NCBI GenBank assembly: GCA_030390025.1
Contig: CM059431.1
Span: forward strand, 150,414,001 to 150,478,000
Reading direction: 5' to 3'
DNA: 64,000 nt
Source: Squalus acanthias
Lineage: Eukaryota
Shown here: positions 38,301 through 46,640 of the stretch, piece after piece
Position numbering within the stretch: the stretch's first letter is position 1
How the letters are laid out: every line of letters starts with the position of its first letter
Notes under the pieces: model-generated
What the model saw: only the letters and a program-made list of their open reading frames with translations
What the model was told of the DNA's origin: nothing
The model's database searches: none
Made by a program: the position numbers and the translations under genes

Positions 38301-41100
38301 GTGAGGGCTGTGTCGGGGGGAAGGGGGAGGTGAGGGCTGTCTCGGGGGGAAGGTGGAGGTGAGGGCTGTCTCGGGGGGAAGGGGGAGGTGAGGGCTGTCT
38401 CGGGGGGAAGGGGGAGGTGAGGGCTGTCTCTGGGGGAAGGGGGAGGTGAGGGCTGTCTCGGGGGGAAGGGGGAGGTGAGGGCTGTCTCGGGGGGGAAGGG
38501 GGAGGTGAGGGCTGTCTCGGGGGGGAGGTGAGGGCTGTCTCGGGGGGAAGGGGGAGGTGAGGGCTGTCTCGGGGGGAAGGGGGAGGTGAGGGCTGTCTCG
38601 GGGGGAAGGGGGAGGTGAGGGCTGTCTCGGGGGGGGGGGAAGGGGGAGGTGAGGGCTGTCTCGGGGGGGGGGGGGGGGAGGTGAGGGCTGTCTCGGGGGG
38701 GGGAAGGGGGAGGTGAGGGCTGTCTCGGGGGGAAGGGGGAGGTGAGGGCTGTCTCGGGGGGAAGGGGGAGGTGAGGGCTGTCTCGGGGGGAAGGGGGAGG
38801 TGAGGGCTGTCTCGGGGGGAAGGGGGAGGTGAGGGCTGTCTCGGGGGGAAGGGGGAGGTGAGGGCTGTCTCGGGGGGAAGGGGGAGGTGAGGGCTGTCTC
38901 TGGGGGAAGGGGTGTCCAATTCAGCCTCCCAAATCTCCCCGCCCCGCCTTGTCTCCCTCAATTGGTTCAGGGCGTGGCCACAAGACCGTAAGAAATAAGA
39001 GCAGGAGTCGGTCATTCGGCCCCTCGAGCCTGCTCCGCCATTCAATGAGATCATGGCTGATCATCGACCTCAACTCCACTTTCTCCGCCCGATCCCCATA
39101 TTCCATGATTCCCCGAGAGTCCAAAAATCTGCCTTGAATATACGCAACAGCTCAGCATCCACAGCCCTCTGGGGTAGAGAACGCCAAAGGTTCACATCCC
39201 TGAGTGAAGAAATTCCTCCTCATCTCAGTCTTAAATGGCCGACCCCTTATCCTGAGACTATGCCCCCTAGTTCTAGACACGCTCCGCATCAACCCTGTCA
39301 ATCCCCTTCAGAATCTTCTATGTTTCAATGAGATCACCTCTCATTCTTCTAAACTCCAGCGAGTACAGGCCCATTCTACGCAATCTCTCATCATAGGACA
39401 GCCCTCCGACAGTGCCTGTGCTCCCTCAGTACTCCAGAGAGTATAGACCCAATCTACTGAACGGGTAGTTCTCGTTCTCTCCCTCTCTCCCCCTGAGCCA
39501 GAAGGTCATGGGTTCGATCCCCATAACCGATGCTGACACTTCCCCGGTGCCAATCCTGAGAGAGCACTGCACTGTCGGAGGGGCAGTACCAAGGGAGCAC
39601 TGCACTGTCTGAGGGGGCGTTACCGAGGGAGCACTGCACCGTCGGAGGGGTGGTACCGATTGAGCGCTACACCGTCGGAGGGGCAGTACCGAGGGAGCGC
39701 TGCATTGTCGGAGGGGCAGTACTGAGGAAGCGCTGCACTGTCGGAGGAGGCGGTACTGAGGGAACGCTGCACTGTCGGAGGAGGCAGCACTGAGGGAGCG
39801 CTGCACTGTCGGAGGGGCAGTACTGAGGGAGCGCTGCACTGTCGGAGGGGCAGTACTGAGGGAGCACTGCACTGTCGGAGGGGCAGTACTGAGGGAGTGC
39901 TGCACTGTCGGAGGGGCAGTACTGAGGGAGCGCTGCACTGTTGGAGGGGCAGTACTGAGGGAGCGCTGCACTGTCGGAGGGGCAGTACTGAGGGAGCGCC
40001 GCACCGTCGGAGGGGCGGTACTGAGGGGGTGCTGCACTGTCGGAGGAGGCGGTACTGAGGGAGCGCTGCACTGTCGGAGGAGGCAGCACTGAGGGAGCGC
40101 TGCACCGTCGGAGGGGCGGTCCTGAGAGAGTGCTGCATTGTCGGAGGGACAGTACTGAGGGAGCCCCTCACTGTCGGAGGGACAGTACTGAGGGAGCCCC
40201 TCACTGTCGGAGGAGGCAGTACTGAGGGAGTGCTGCACTGTCGGAGGGGCAGTACTGAGGGAGCCCCGCACTGTCGGAGGGGCAGTACTGAGGGAGTGCT
40301 GCACTGTCTGGGGGATGTACTGAGTACAGCGGGGTGAGTTCTCCCCTGGTGTCCTGGGCCCAATACTTTTTCCTCAACTAACATTGCTAAAAAAACAGGT
40401 TATCTGATCGTTATCACATTGCAGTTTGTGGGATCTTGCTGGTGCAAATTGGCTGTGCTGTGTTTCCCTAAATGTCAAGAGTGAACACACATCAGATCAA
40501 GAACAATTTGAAGAGGTAGCTTTACTCTGTATCTAACCCATGCTGTACCTGCCCTGGGAGTGTTTGATGGGACAGTGTAGAGAGAGCTTTACTCTGTATC
40601 TAACCCGTGCTGTACCTGCCCTGGGAGTGTTTGATGGGACAGTGTAGAGGGAGCTTTACTCTGTATCTAACCCATGCTGTACCTGCCCTGGGAGTGTTTG
40701 ATGGGACAGTGTAGAGGGAGCTTTACTCTGTATCTAACCCGTGCTGTACCTGCCCTGGGAGTGTTTGATGGGACAGTGTAGAGGGAGCTTTACTCTGTAT
40801 CTAACCCATGCTGTACCTGCCCTGGGAGTGTTTGATGGGACAGTGTAGAGGGAGCTTTACTCTGTATCTAACTGGAATGAAAATTGTCCTGCATTGATGA
40901 CAAGTGCTGAAAATAACTCTGACCTCCTTTCCCCCCCGTTGGTTTTTGCAGGCCACCCCCACGCTGATTCGAGCTATCGGCCGCTGTGGTTCGAGAAGCG
41001 CGAGGATCCTTACACCAAAGAAGTGGTGCACCTCTACAAGGGCGGCTACTGGGAGGCGAAAGAGAAGCAAGACTGGCGCCTGTGTCCAGACATCTTCTGA
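324..41100 (+). CDS. OSBP: Oxysterol-binding protein 1, 5'-partial spliced gene (11 coding exons, 1671 nt incl. stop)
   Basis: Exons 324-522, 4104-4215, 9436-9490, 19419-19601, 21699-21944, 24563-24683, 26552-26655, 30642-30737, 34197-34381, 37310-37530 and 40952-41100 join in one open frame with AG/GT boundaries. The protein has the FFAT motif, the EQVSHHPP signature, and RTGSNLSGASS and C-terminal CPDIF, which favour OSBP over OSBP2. Confidence 0.95.
746..783 (-). ncRNA. Minimal type-I hammerhead ribozyme motif
   Basis: Minus strand reads UCAC CUGACGA A GGAGC-AGCC-GCUCC GAAA GC UU GUGA: catalytic boxes, 5-bp stem II, stem I UCAC/GUGA, palindromic stem III. Confidence 0.8.
1125..1162 (+). 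ncRNA. Minimal type-I hammerhead ribozyme motif (one stem-I mismatch)
   Basis: UCAC CUGAAGA A GGAGC-AGCC-GCUCC GAAA GC UU GCGA. Confidence 0.72.
1360..1801 (+). mobile_element. CR1 3'-end fragment (different subfamily) nested in host CR1
   Basis: LGYKDRLEKLDLFSLEQRRLRGDLIEVYKIM...FTQRVVRTWNSL* followed by 3' UTR; interrupts the host at FTI(Y)IND. Confidence 0.85.
2400..2436 (-). ncRNA. Minimal type-I hammerhead ribozyme motif
   Basis: Minus strand: UCAC CUGACGA A GGAGC-AGC-GCUCC GAAA GC UC GUGA (CUC cleavage triplet). Confidence 0.82.
3110..3146 (+). ncRNA. Minimal type-I hammerhead ribozyme motif
   Basis: UCAC CUGACGA A GGAGC-AGC-GCUCC GAAA GC UU GUGA. Confidence 0.8.
4104..4215 (+). CDS. 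OSBP: OSBP exon with FFAT motif (VAP binding), 112 bp, phase 1->2
   Basis: ttttag|GGAGC...CACAG|gtcagt; DLSDEDDENEFFDAMEDVAEFITV, with EFFDAME at 4148-4168. Confidence 0.95.
4744..5061 (-). mobile_element. tRNA-derived V-SINE (HE1-like), near full length
   Basis: Minus strand has A box TGGCATAGTGG, B box GGTTCGAATCC, the V-domain-like GTGGGTTTCCTCCGGGTGCTCCGGTTTCCTCCCAC and a LINE-like tail ending in (GATTCT)-type repeats. Confidence 0.85.
5720..8600 (-). mobile_element. Older CR1 3' fragment split by the young CR1 (parts ~5720-5863 and ~8033-8600)
   Basis: Minus-strand RVVNLWNSLPQR, LEFRSMRG and CR1 3' UTR; the halves rejoin as ...ttcccctcATCTCcaaaaatctatc. Confidence 0.8.
5864..8035 (+). 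mobile_element. Young 5'-truncated CR1 LINE; ORF2 RT and C-terminal region uninterrupted (~690 codons, stop at 7940)
   Basis: KSPGPD, NYRPVSLTS, YLDFQKAFDKVPH, GVPQGSVLGP and FADD motifs; 3' UTR and (TATGTATC)-type tail; no APE domain; ATCTC at both junctions (5859-5863, 8033-8037). Confidence 0.95.
9436..9490 (+). CDS. OSBP: OSBP exon, 55 bp, phase 2->0 (Ser-rich phosphorylation region)
   Basis: tacag|ACGG...GATCAA|gtgagt; RTGSNLSGASSEGAFEDQ. Confidence 0.93.
9889..11010. repeat. 31-bp G-rich minisatellite, ~36 copies
   Basis: Unit TGTGGAGTGGGATGTCCCGGTGAYGGGTCGG. Confidence 0.95.
11335..13600. mobile_element. Cluster of nested CR1 3' fragments in both orientations
   Basis: Minus fragment ~11335-11812 resumes at ~12335-12460 around a plus fragment ~11815-12335 (MRGDLIETYKIL...GYGEKAGTGH*); further plus fragments at ~12560-13020 and ~13140-13600. 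Confidence 0.8.
13590..16090 (+). mobile_element. Decayed long CR1 ORF2 (APE remnant + RT + 3' end), many frameshifts and stops
   Basis: ESIWIEI..IGVCSRPPN, LLDLV, HLGNSDHN, YLDFQKAFDKV, SKFANDT, LEYCEQFWSP, FFTQRVVRTWNSLP. Confidence 0.88.
16110..17045 (-). mobile_element. CR1 fragment (RT C-terminal region)
   Basis: ORF 16116-16676: KAYGILAFISRG..RPQLEYCVQFWSPHY..RGDLIEVYKIM..FFTQRVVGIWNSLP. Confidence 0.9.
18073..18925. repeat. C-rich degenerate tandem array
   Basis: Recurrent CAGTCCCCTCGG core separated by poly-C of variable length. Confidence 0.9.
19419..19601 (+). CDS. OSBP: OSBP exon, 183 bp, start of ORD lid
   Basis: ccccag|ACCCTG...ATGCCT|gtgagt; ...RRNRIPDKPNYSLNLWSIMKNCIGKELSKIPMP. 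Confidence 0.93.
19708..21560. repeat. ~46-bp modular minisatellite spanning an assembly gap
   Basis: Unit GGGGTCTGGTACACTGGGTGTGACGTAGACTGGGAGTGAGGGAGAT with shorter variants. Confidence 0.95.
20879..21078. other. Assembly gap (200 N)
   Basis: Run of exactly 200 N inside the satellite; true length unknown. Confidence 0.99.
21699..21944 (+). CDS. OSBP: OSBP exon, 246 bp, ORD
   Basis: cgcag|GTTAAC...GAGCAG|gtgaat; VNFNEPLSMLQRLTEDLEY...KPFNPLLGETFELDR...ICEQ. Confidence 0.97.
22030..22480 (-). mobile_element. tRNA-headed Deu-domain SINE (SacSINE1-like)
   Basis: Minus strand: CCGTGGCTCA..GAGTCAGAAGG head, then GGAGGTGCCGTCTTTCGGATGAGACGTCG..GGTGGACGTCAAAAATCCC core and LINE-like tail. Confidence 0.75.
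22788..23282 (+). mobile_element. CR1 3' fragment, very similar to ~11835-12335
   Basis: MAGMMYEERLGRLDLYSLEFRRMRGDLIETYKIL...; CR1 3' UTR. Confidence 0.88.
24563..24683 (+). CDS. OSBP: OSBP exon, 121 bp, ORD signature
   Basis: ccccag|GTCAGC...CCCTGG|gtaagt; VSHHPPAAAHHAESKNGWALRQEIAIASKFRGKYLSIMPLG. Confidence 0.97.
24818..26385. repeat. Composite array: 34-bp unit plus interspersed (CA)n
   Basis: GACTGGGTAAGGACCGGAGTCACACATAGTCCCA units grading into GGCCCGGACTGGAGTCTCA(CA)n units. Confidence 0.93.
26552..26655 (+). CDS. OSBP: OSBP exon, 104 bp, ORD
   Basis: tgcag|GCTCC...GACCAG|gtgagg; SIHCTFHQSGNHYTWRKVTTTVHNIIVGKLWIDQ. Confidence 0.96.
26656..27545 (+). repeat. 33-bp SINE-derived tandem array (26656-27265) followed by Deu-SINE core
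   Basis: Unit GTACTGAGGGAGCGCTGCACTGTCGGAGGGGCA, running into GTCTTTCGGGTGAGATGTTAAACCGAGGCCCC...AAAAGATCCCATGG. Confidence 0.9.
27548..27865 (+). repeat. 49-bp tandem array derived from a CR1 ORF2 end/3' UTR, ~6 copies
   Basis: Unit GGGCTATGGGGAGAGAGCGGGGCAGTGRGATTAGTTTGGGATTGATACA (GYGERAGQWD*). Confidence 0.85.
28531..30580 (+). repeat. 42-bp tandem array of the CR1 3' terminus, interrupted by minus-strand CR1 pieces (~28946-29468)
   Basis: Unit AACAGGCTCGAGGGGCTGAATGGCCTCCTCCTGTTCCTGTGT, contiguous with the CR1 3' fragment at ~28100-28570. Confidence 0.92.
30642..30737 (+). CDS. OSBP: OSBP exon, 96 bp, ORD
   Basis: ctaacag|AGTGGG...CGGAAG|gtaggt; SGEIDIINKRTGDRCHLKFAPYSYFSRDVARK (not in the supplied ORF track). 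Confidence 0.96.
31550..33860. mobile_element. Cluster of CR1 3' fragments and a Deu-SINE core (~32005-32310)
   Basis: Repeated RGDLMEVFKI, LEKLGLFSLEQR and FFTQRVVNLWNSLP motifs on both strands. Confidence 0.8.
34197..34381 (+). CDS. OSBP: OSBP exon, 185 bp, ORD
   Basis: cgtag|GTCACT...AGCCCC|gtgagt; VTGVVTDIGGKAHYILSGTWDEKMDYSRV...KELWKRHKAP. Confidence 0.95.
34974..35187. mobile_element. Miniature Penelope-like insertion (inverted arms only, ~214 bp)
   Basis: Same arms as 691-1250 and 2348-3233 with a spacer of only ~20 bp; duplication GACTTTAATTTG at 34964-34975 and 35188-35199. Confidence 0.88.
35022..35058 (-). ncRNA. Minimal hammerhead ribozyme motif (slightly degenerate)
   Basis: Minus strand: UCAC CUGACGA A GGAGC-AGC-GCUCU GAAA GC UU GCGA; the + arm keeps only GCUCCGAAAGCUUGUGA. 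Confidence 0.65.
35333..35590 (+). mobile_element. tRNA-headed Deu-domain SINE
   Basis: A box TGGCTCAGTGG, B box GGTTCGAGTCC, a single CAGTACTGAGGAAGCACTGCAC motif, then the core. Confidence 0.8.
35595..36536. repeat. 67-bp minisatellite, ~14 copies
   Basis: Unit GAGGGAGCTTTACTCTGTATCTAACCCGTGCTGTACCTGCCCTGGGAGTGTTTGATGGGACAGTGTA. Confidence 0.95.
36537..37095 (-). mobile_element. Solo LTR, 559 bp
   Basis: TG...CA termini; 5-bp TSD GGAGC (36532-36536, 37096-37100) splitting a 67-bp unit; minus strand has CCAAT (36732-36728), TAAATAT (36678-36672) and AATAAA (36602-36597) in promoter-to-polyA order. Confidence 0.8.
37310..37530 (+). CDS. OSBP: OSBP exon, 221 bp, ORD
   Basis: gccag|GGAAC...GGACG|gtaagg; [57 protein letters not shown]. 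Confidence 0.97.
37540..38915. repeat. 29-bp G-run minisatellite, ~47 copies
   Basis: Unit GGGGGGAAGGGGGAGGTGAGGGCTGTCTC. Confidence 0.95.
38985..39400 (-). mobile_element. CR1 3' fragment
   Basis: Minus-strand CR1 3' UTR and RTEMRRNFF-type coding remnant. Confidence 0.8.
39465..40500 (+). mobile_element. Deu-type SINE with internal 33-bp array (~39560-40320)
   Basis: B box GGTTCGATCCC, GCTGACACT, array, then GTTCTCCCCTGGTGTCCTGGGCCCAAT core. Confidence 0.8.
40515..40872. repeat. 67-bp minisatellite, ~5 copies (same family as 35595-36536)
   Basis: Same unit sequence. Confidence 0.95.
40952..41100 (+). CDS. OSBP: OSBP last coding exon with TGA stop
   Basis: tttgcag|GCCAC...; YRPLWFEKREDPYTKEVVHLYKGGYWEAKEKQDWRLCPDIF*. 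Confidence 0.97.
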
Positions 41101-41119
41101 AGCCCAACGCCCACTGCTG

Positions 41120-41121
<2 letters not shown>

Positions 41122-41163
<42 letters not shown>
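41122..41163. repeat. (TG)n microsatellite in the OSBP 3' UTR
   Basis: Pure TG run starting ~22 nt after the stop codon. Confidence 0.95.
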
Positions 41164-41167
<4 letters not shown>

Positions 41168-42154
41168 ACTGGCCTGGACTGAGCGACGCGACTGGACTGG
41201 GACTGAGCGACCACTTCTTTCTGATTCCCCACGGGAGGAGGAGGATCATCAACAGCCGAGGGGGATTCAGCCCCCCTCCCTCCCTCCCTCCCTTCCCCCC
41301 CACCCCCACCCCCCCCAACCGGGGCAATGATTTCCAATCGCCAGGTTGAACGACAACCCTGTTGTAAAATGACACCCGATATATTCTATAAAAATCAAAT
41401 CTGTTAACGGGTTCCTTTTCAAATCCAGTTTTATTTTAGACTCTTCCCTCGCCCTCCGAGTGTTCGTGTATTGTTTTATGTCTCTCGCTCTCCTTATCTG
41501 TCTGGTCGGCTGGGAAGTGACGGGGCTCACGGTGATAATGGGCGTTTATTTTGGTCGCAAGGGCCGTCGATCGTGAGGGAGCGGGGGGAAGGGGTGGGGA
41601 GGGTGGAGACTTCGCTACAGGCAGGATGGGAGGGAAGGGGATTGTATCTATGGGCTGGCTATATTTCCGTGCCTGTGTGAGTGGGGTTCACGTTCCCAAA
41701 CTGGGCTCTTGGGCTCGATTGGGAGAAGGGGTCCGGCTATTCAGCCTTGGGTGCGGGGGTGAGAGGCTGCCTTTAGCTGGAAGGGGTCAGGTTCTGGGCA
41801 CCCTGGGGAGCGAGCGACGGAGTTCAGTTCAGACCTGGAGTTCTGGCACCTCTTGGAGTTCACTGTTCGGAGATGGTGGGGGCGACGGGTCAGTGCGCGT
41901 TTTGAATATCGAGAGTCTGGTGAAAGAGTCCTTTTGAAGAGGGGAGAGTGAGTGAGAGAGAGACGGTGGGGTTTTGATATCGGATGGTGTTGGTGAGAAA
42001 GGAAGGGGGACGGGTGACGTGTTCAGCTCCACGCAGAGCTGGGGAGTGTGGGTAATGACGGCGCTGCAGAGCCCAATGTCCCCCAGCCAAGTTGAGCTTG
42101 ACCAACTCCATACAGTGCAAGGGGAACGTCTCCACCGTTTAATCAGCGGCCTGC

Positions 42155-42895
42155 TTCAGTGGGCAGCGCTCTGTCTCGCCCTCTGAGTCAGAAGGTTGTG
42201 GTTTCGATCCCGCACTTCAGAGACTTGAGCCCTGATATTCCAGGCTGACACTCCCCCCTGGTGCCAGTACTGAGGGGGTGCTGTACTGTCTGAGGGAGCG
42301 CTGCTGTCTGAGGGATGGTACTGAGGGAGCGCTGCTGTCTGAGGGATGGTACTGAGGGAGCGCTGCACTGTCGGAGGGACAGTACTGAGGCAGCGCCGCA
42401 CTGTCGGAGGGACAGTACTGAGGCAGCGCCGTACTGTCGGAGGGACAGTACTGAGGGAGCGCCGCACTGTCGGAGGGACAGTACTGAGGGAGCGCCTGCA
42501 CTGTCGGAGGGACAGTACTGAGGGAGCGCCGCACTGTCGGAGGGACAGTACTGAGGGAGTGCTGCACTGTCTGTGGTGCAGTCTTTTTAGATGAGAAGTT
42601 GAACTAAGGGGCCTGTCTGCCCCCTCAGGTGGACGTAAAAGATCCCATGGCCACTATTTTGAAGAAGAGCAGGGGGAGTTCTCCCTGTTGTCTGTCAACC
42701 AACATCACTAAAAACCACAGATGATCTGGTCATTTATCACATTGCAGTTTGTGGGATCTTGCTGTGCGTAAAACATTGGCTGTTGCGTTTTCTACACTAC
42801 AATACTGACTACACTTCAATAAAGTACTTTGTTGGATGTAAAGCGCTTTGGGACGTCCTGAGGTTGGTGAAAGGCGCTGTATAAATGCAAGTTCT
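42155..42895 (+). mobile_element. Near-complete Deu-type SINE with internal 33-bp array (~42265-42570)
   Basis: tRNA-like head, array, core GGTGGACGTAAAAGATCCCATGG, tail AAGGCGCTGTATAAATGCAAG. Confidence 0.85.
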
Positions 42896-43061
42896 TTCTA
42901 ATTGTGGAGCCTGAATTTACTCTAACATTACCGTTAAACATGGGTTGGGGTTTGATGTGGGGATGGTGGAGGATTCCTGAAGTGGGGGCGGGGAGGGGCA
43001 GCGGTGATTCCCCGTTTGGAAGATGTGGGTGGTGAGATCCAGGGAACAGGTGATTTTTTGG

Positions 43062-43690
43062 CCCCCTTGCTCTGGGAGGGAGTGCGAGTGTCCTGGGGGT
43101 GGGGAGAGCTGTCCCCTTGCTCTGGGAGGGAGGGCGAGTGTCCTGGGGGTGGGGAGAGCTGTCCCCTTGCTCTGGGAGGGAGGGGCAGTGTCCTGGGGGG
43201 GGCGGAGAGCTGTCCCCTGGCTCTGGGAGGGAGGGGCAGTGTCCTGGGGGTGGGGAGAGCTGTCCCCTGGCTCTGGGAGGGAGGGGCAGTGTCCTGGGGG
43301 TGGGGAGAGCTGTCCCCTGGCTCTGGGAGGGAGGGGCAGTGTCCTGGGGCTGGGGCGAGCTGTCCCCTGGCTCTGGGAGGGAGGGGCAGTGTCCTGGGGG
43401 TGGGGAGAGCTGTCCCCTTGCTCTGGGAGGGAGGGGCAGTGTCCTGGGGTGGGGCGGAGATCTGTCCCCTTGCTCTGGGAGGGAGTGGCAGTGTCCTGGG
43501 GGTGGGGAGAACTGTCCCCTTGCTCTGGGAGGGAGGGGCAGTGTCCTGGGGGTGGGGAGAGCTGTCCCCTTGCTCTGGGAGGGAGGGGCAGTGTCCTGGG
43601 GGTGGGGAGAGCTGTCCCCTTGCTCTGGGAGGGAGGGGTAGTGTCTTGGGGATGGAGGAAGCTGTCCCCTTGCTCTGGGAGGGAGGAGCA
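43062..43690. repeat. 50-bp G-rich minisatellite, ~12 copies
   Basis: Unit GTCCCCTTGCTCTGGGAGGGAGGGGCAGTGTCCTGGGGGTGGGGAGAGCT. Confidence 0.95.
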
Positions 43691-44729
43691 CTGGGGAGGT
43701 GAGCTGGGAGATTGGTGCTTTCTACCTTGTAAAAGGAGCCCGAGTCCAGGTGGGTTCTGTTTTGATGTGAGTGAAGCCCAAAGGAATGGAGGTCAACAAC
43801 TCATAGATGGCAGATATTGCCTCTTTGGGATTATTTACTGCAACTGAGGGAGGGTGGTAGGTTGTAATCAGCAGGTGGTTTCTTCCCATGTTTGACCTGA
43901 AGCCATGAGACTTCATTGGGTCCAGAAGACTCCTAGAGCAACTCCCTCCCGACTATATATCACTGTGCCGCCACCTCTGGTGGGTCTGTTGTGATGGGAC
44001 AGGACACACCCAGGGATAGTGATGGAGGAGTCTGGGATGTTGGTTGATGGGTATAGGTTGGTGCCCCCCTCCCCCCAAGTCTGCAGCATCTCTTGCCCTG
44101 TCCCAGACTTGCTCCTTGGGTTCTGCTGAAGTCTGGAGATAGTTGGATCCACGGATGAAGCTCATTTCCACGGATTGTTTGATTAGTTGCGGAGATGTAG
44201 CAATCTACATCGAATTACAGCACAGAAAGAGGGCAATCGGATCCTTGCTGATGTTTATGCTCCACATGAACCTCCTCCCAACCCTACTTCATCTCGCCCG
44301 ATCAGCATATCCTTTATTCCTTCCGTCCTTGTGCTTATTTAGCCTCAACCTTTCCTTGTGGGAGTGAGTTCCATATTCCCACTACACTCTGAGTAAAGAA
44401 GTTCCTCCTGAATTATCAGTTGGGTTTATTAGTGGCTGTCTTATATTGATGACACTGTGTTTTGGGCTCCCCGAACAAGTGGAAACATCTTCTCTACATC
44501 TACCCTATGGGACCCCTTTCATCATAAAGACATCTATCAGGTCACCCGTGAGCCTTATCTTTACTGGAAGAGCCCCACCGTGTTCAAAGTACATGGAATA
44601 GTGTTCGGAATCAACAATGGACCCACATTAAGTTCCCAGAGAAGTCTTACACGAATGGCAGAGACTGCGCATGTGATGTGAAGATATCTTTCCCCACCAC
44701 AGTTCCGTAGCCCAGGGAGTGTCCCTTCT

Positions 44730-45632
44730 CTCTTGGCTCAGTGAGTAGCACTCTGAGTTTGAAGGTCGGGGGTTCGTGACCCCACTGCAGAGAATCTCAA
44801 GCCCGATAACCCAGGCTGACACTCCTGCTGGTGCCAGTACTTAAGAAGTGCTGCACTGTGGGAGGGGCAGTACTAAGGGAGCGCTGCACTGTCAGAGGGG
44901 ACAGTATTGAACAAGTGCTGCATTGTCAGAGGGGCAGTACTGAGGGTGCACTGTCAGAGGGGGCAGTACTGAGGGTGCACTGTCAGAGGGGACAGTATTG
45001 AACAAGTGCTGCATTGTCGGAGGGGCAGTACTGAGCAAGTGCTGCATTGTCGGAGGGGCAGTACTGACGGAGCGCTGCACTGTCAGAGGGGGCAGTACTG
45101 AGGGAGCGCTGCACTGTCAGAGGGGGCAGTACTGAGCAAGTGCTGCATTGTCGGAGGGGCAGTACCCAGGGTGCACTGTCGGAGGAGCAGTACTGAGGGA
45201 TGCCGCTGCACTGTCAGAGGGGGCAGTACTGAGGGAGTGCTGCACTGTCAGAGGGGACAGTATTGAACAAGTGCTGCATTGTCGGAGGGGCAGTACCGAG
45301 GGTGCACTGTCGGAGGGGCAGTACTGAGGGACTCCGCTGCACTGGCGGAGGTGCCGTCTTTTGGGATGAGATGTTAAACCGAGGCCCCCATCTGCCCTCT
45401 TGACGTATGTAAAGGATTCCCACGGGCACTATCTCAAAGAAGGGCAAGGGAGTTCGCCCCGCTGTCCTGGAACCAATATTTATCCCTCAACCAATGTCAC
45501 TAAAAATACAGGTTCGCTGATCATTGCAGTTTATGGAATCTTGCTATGTGCAAATTAGCTGCCGCGTTTCCGATATGACAACAGTGACTACACTTCAATA
45601 AAGTATTTTATTGGCTGTAAAGTGCTTTGGGG
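44730..45632 (+). mobile_element. Deu-type SINE with internal 33-bp array (~44835-45345)
   Basis: TGGCTCAGTG head, GGTTCGTGACC, array, GGAGGTGCCGTCTTTTGGGATGAGATGTTAAACCGAGG core. Confidence 0.85.
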
Positions 45633-46640
45633 CAAACGCACAAAGTGTGGTAAATAATGTTGGTGAGCTGCAGGCGCAAATAGCCACATGGGAATATGAG
45701 TTTCGAAGGATGAGAGATGATCTCATTGAAACATACAACATTCTTACAGGGTTTGACAGGGTAAATGCAGGGAGGATGATTCCCCTGGATGGGGAGTCTA
45801 GAACCGGGGGTCACAGTCTCAGAATAAGGGGACGGCCATTTCGGACTGAGATGAGGAGAAATTTCTTCACTCAGAGGGTGGTGAATCTTTGGAATTCTCT
45901 ACCCCAGAGGGCTGTGGAGGCTCAGTCGTTGAGTATATTCAAGACAGAGATTGATAGATTTTTGAATATTAAGGGAATCAAGGGATATGGGGATAGTGCA
46001 GGAAAGTGGAGATGAAGTTAAAGATCAGCCATGATCTTATTGAATGGCGGAGCAAGCTCGAGGGGCCAAGAGGCCTACTCCTGCTCTTATTTCTTATATC
46101 CTTATGATGTCTTGGCTATAACGGAGACCTGGCTGAAAAAAGGGCAGGATTGGGTACAAAATATTGCTGGATATAAAGTGCTCAGTAAAGATAGGGAAGG
46201 AAAGAAAGGAGGTGGTGTGGTCCAGAAACTTAACTGGACCAGCCACATAAATACTGTGGCAACAAGAGCAGGTCAGAGGCTAGGTATTCAGCGGCGAGTG
46301 TCTCACCTCCTGACTCCCTAAAGGCTTTCCACCATCTACAAGGCACAAGTAAGGAATACTCTCCACTTGCTTGGATGATTTCAGTTCCAACAACACTCAA
46401 GAAGCTCGACACCATCCAGGACAAAGCAGCCCAATTAATTGGCACCCCATCCACCACCTTATACATTCACTCACTCCTCCACCAGCGTACCGTGTCTGCA
46501 GTGTGTACCATCTACAAGATGCACTGCAGCAACTCGCCAAGGCTTCTTCGGCAGCACCTCCCAAACCTGTGACCTCTTGCGCCTGGAAAGACAAGGGCAG
46601 CAGGCGCATTGGAACACCACCACCTACAAGTTCTCTCAGG
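45633..46640 (+). mobile_element. LINE mosaic: CR1 APE N-terminus split by a CR1 3' fragment (~45698-46105), then a second LINE C-terminal remnant
   Basis: NAQSVVN..ELQAQIATWEY / DVLAITETWL..GYKV..DREGKKGGGV; then QKLNWTSHINTVATRAGQRLGI. Confidence 0.8.

Noticed and set aside
37519..39054. 511-aa Pro/Ser ORF
   Set aside because: Reverse translation of the 29-bp array.
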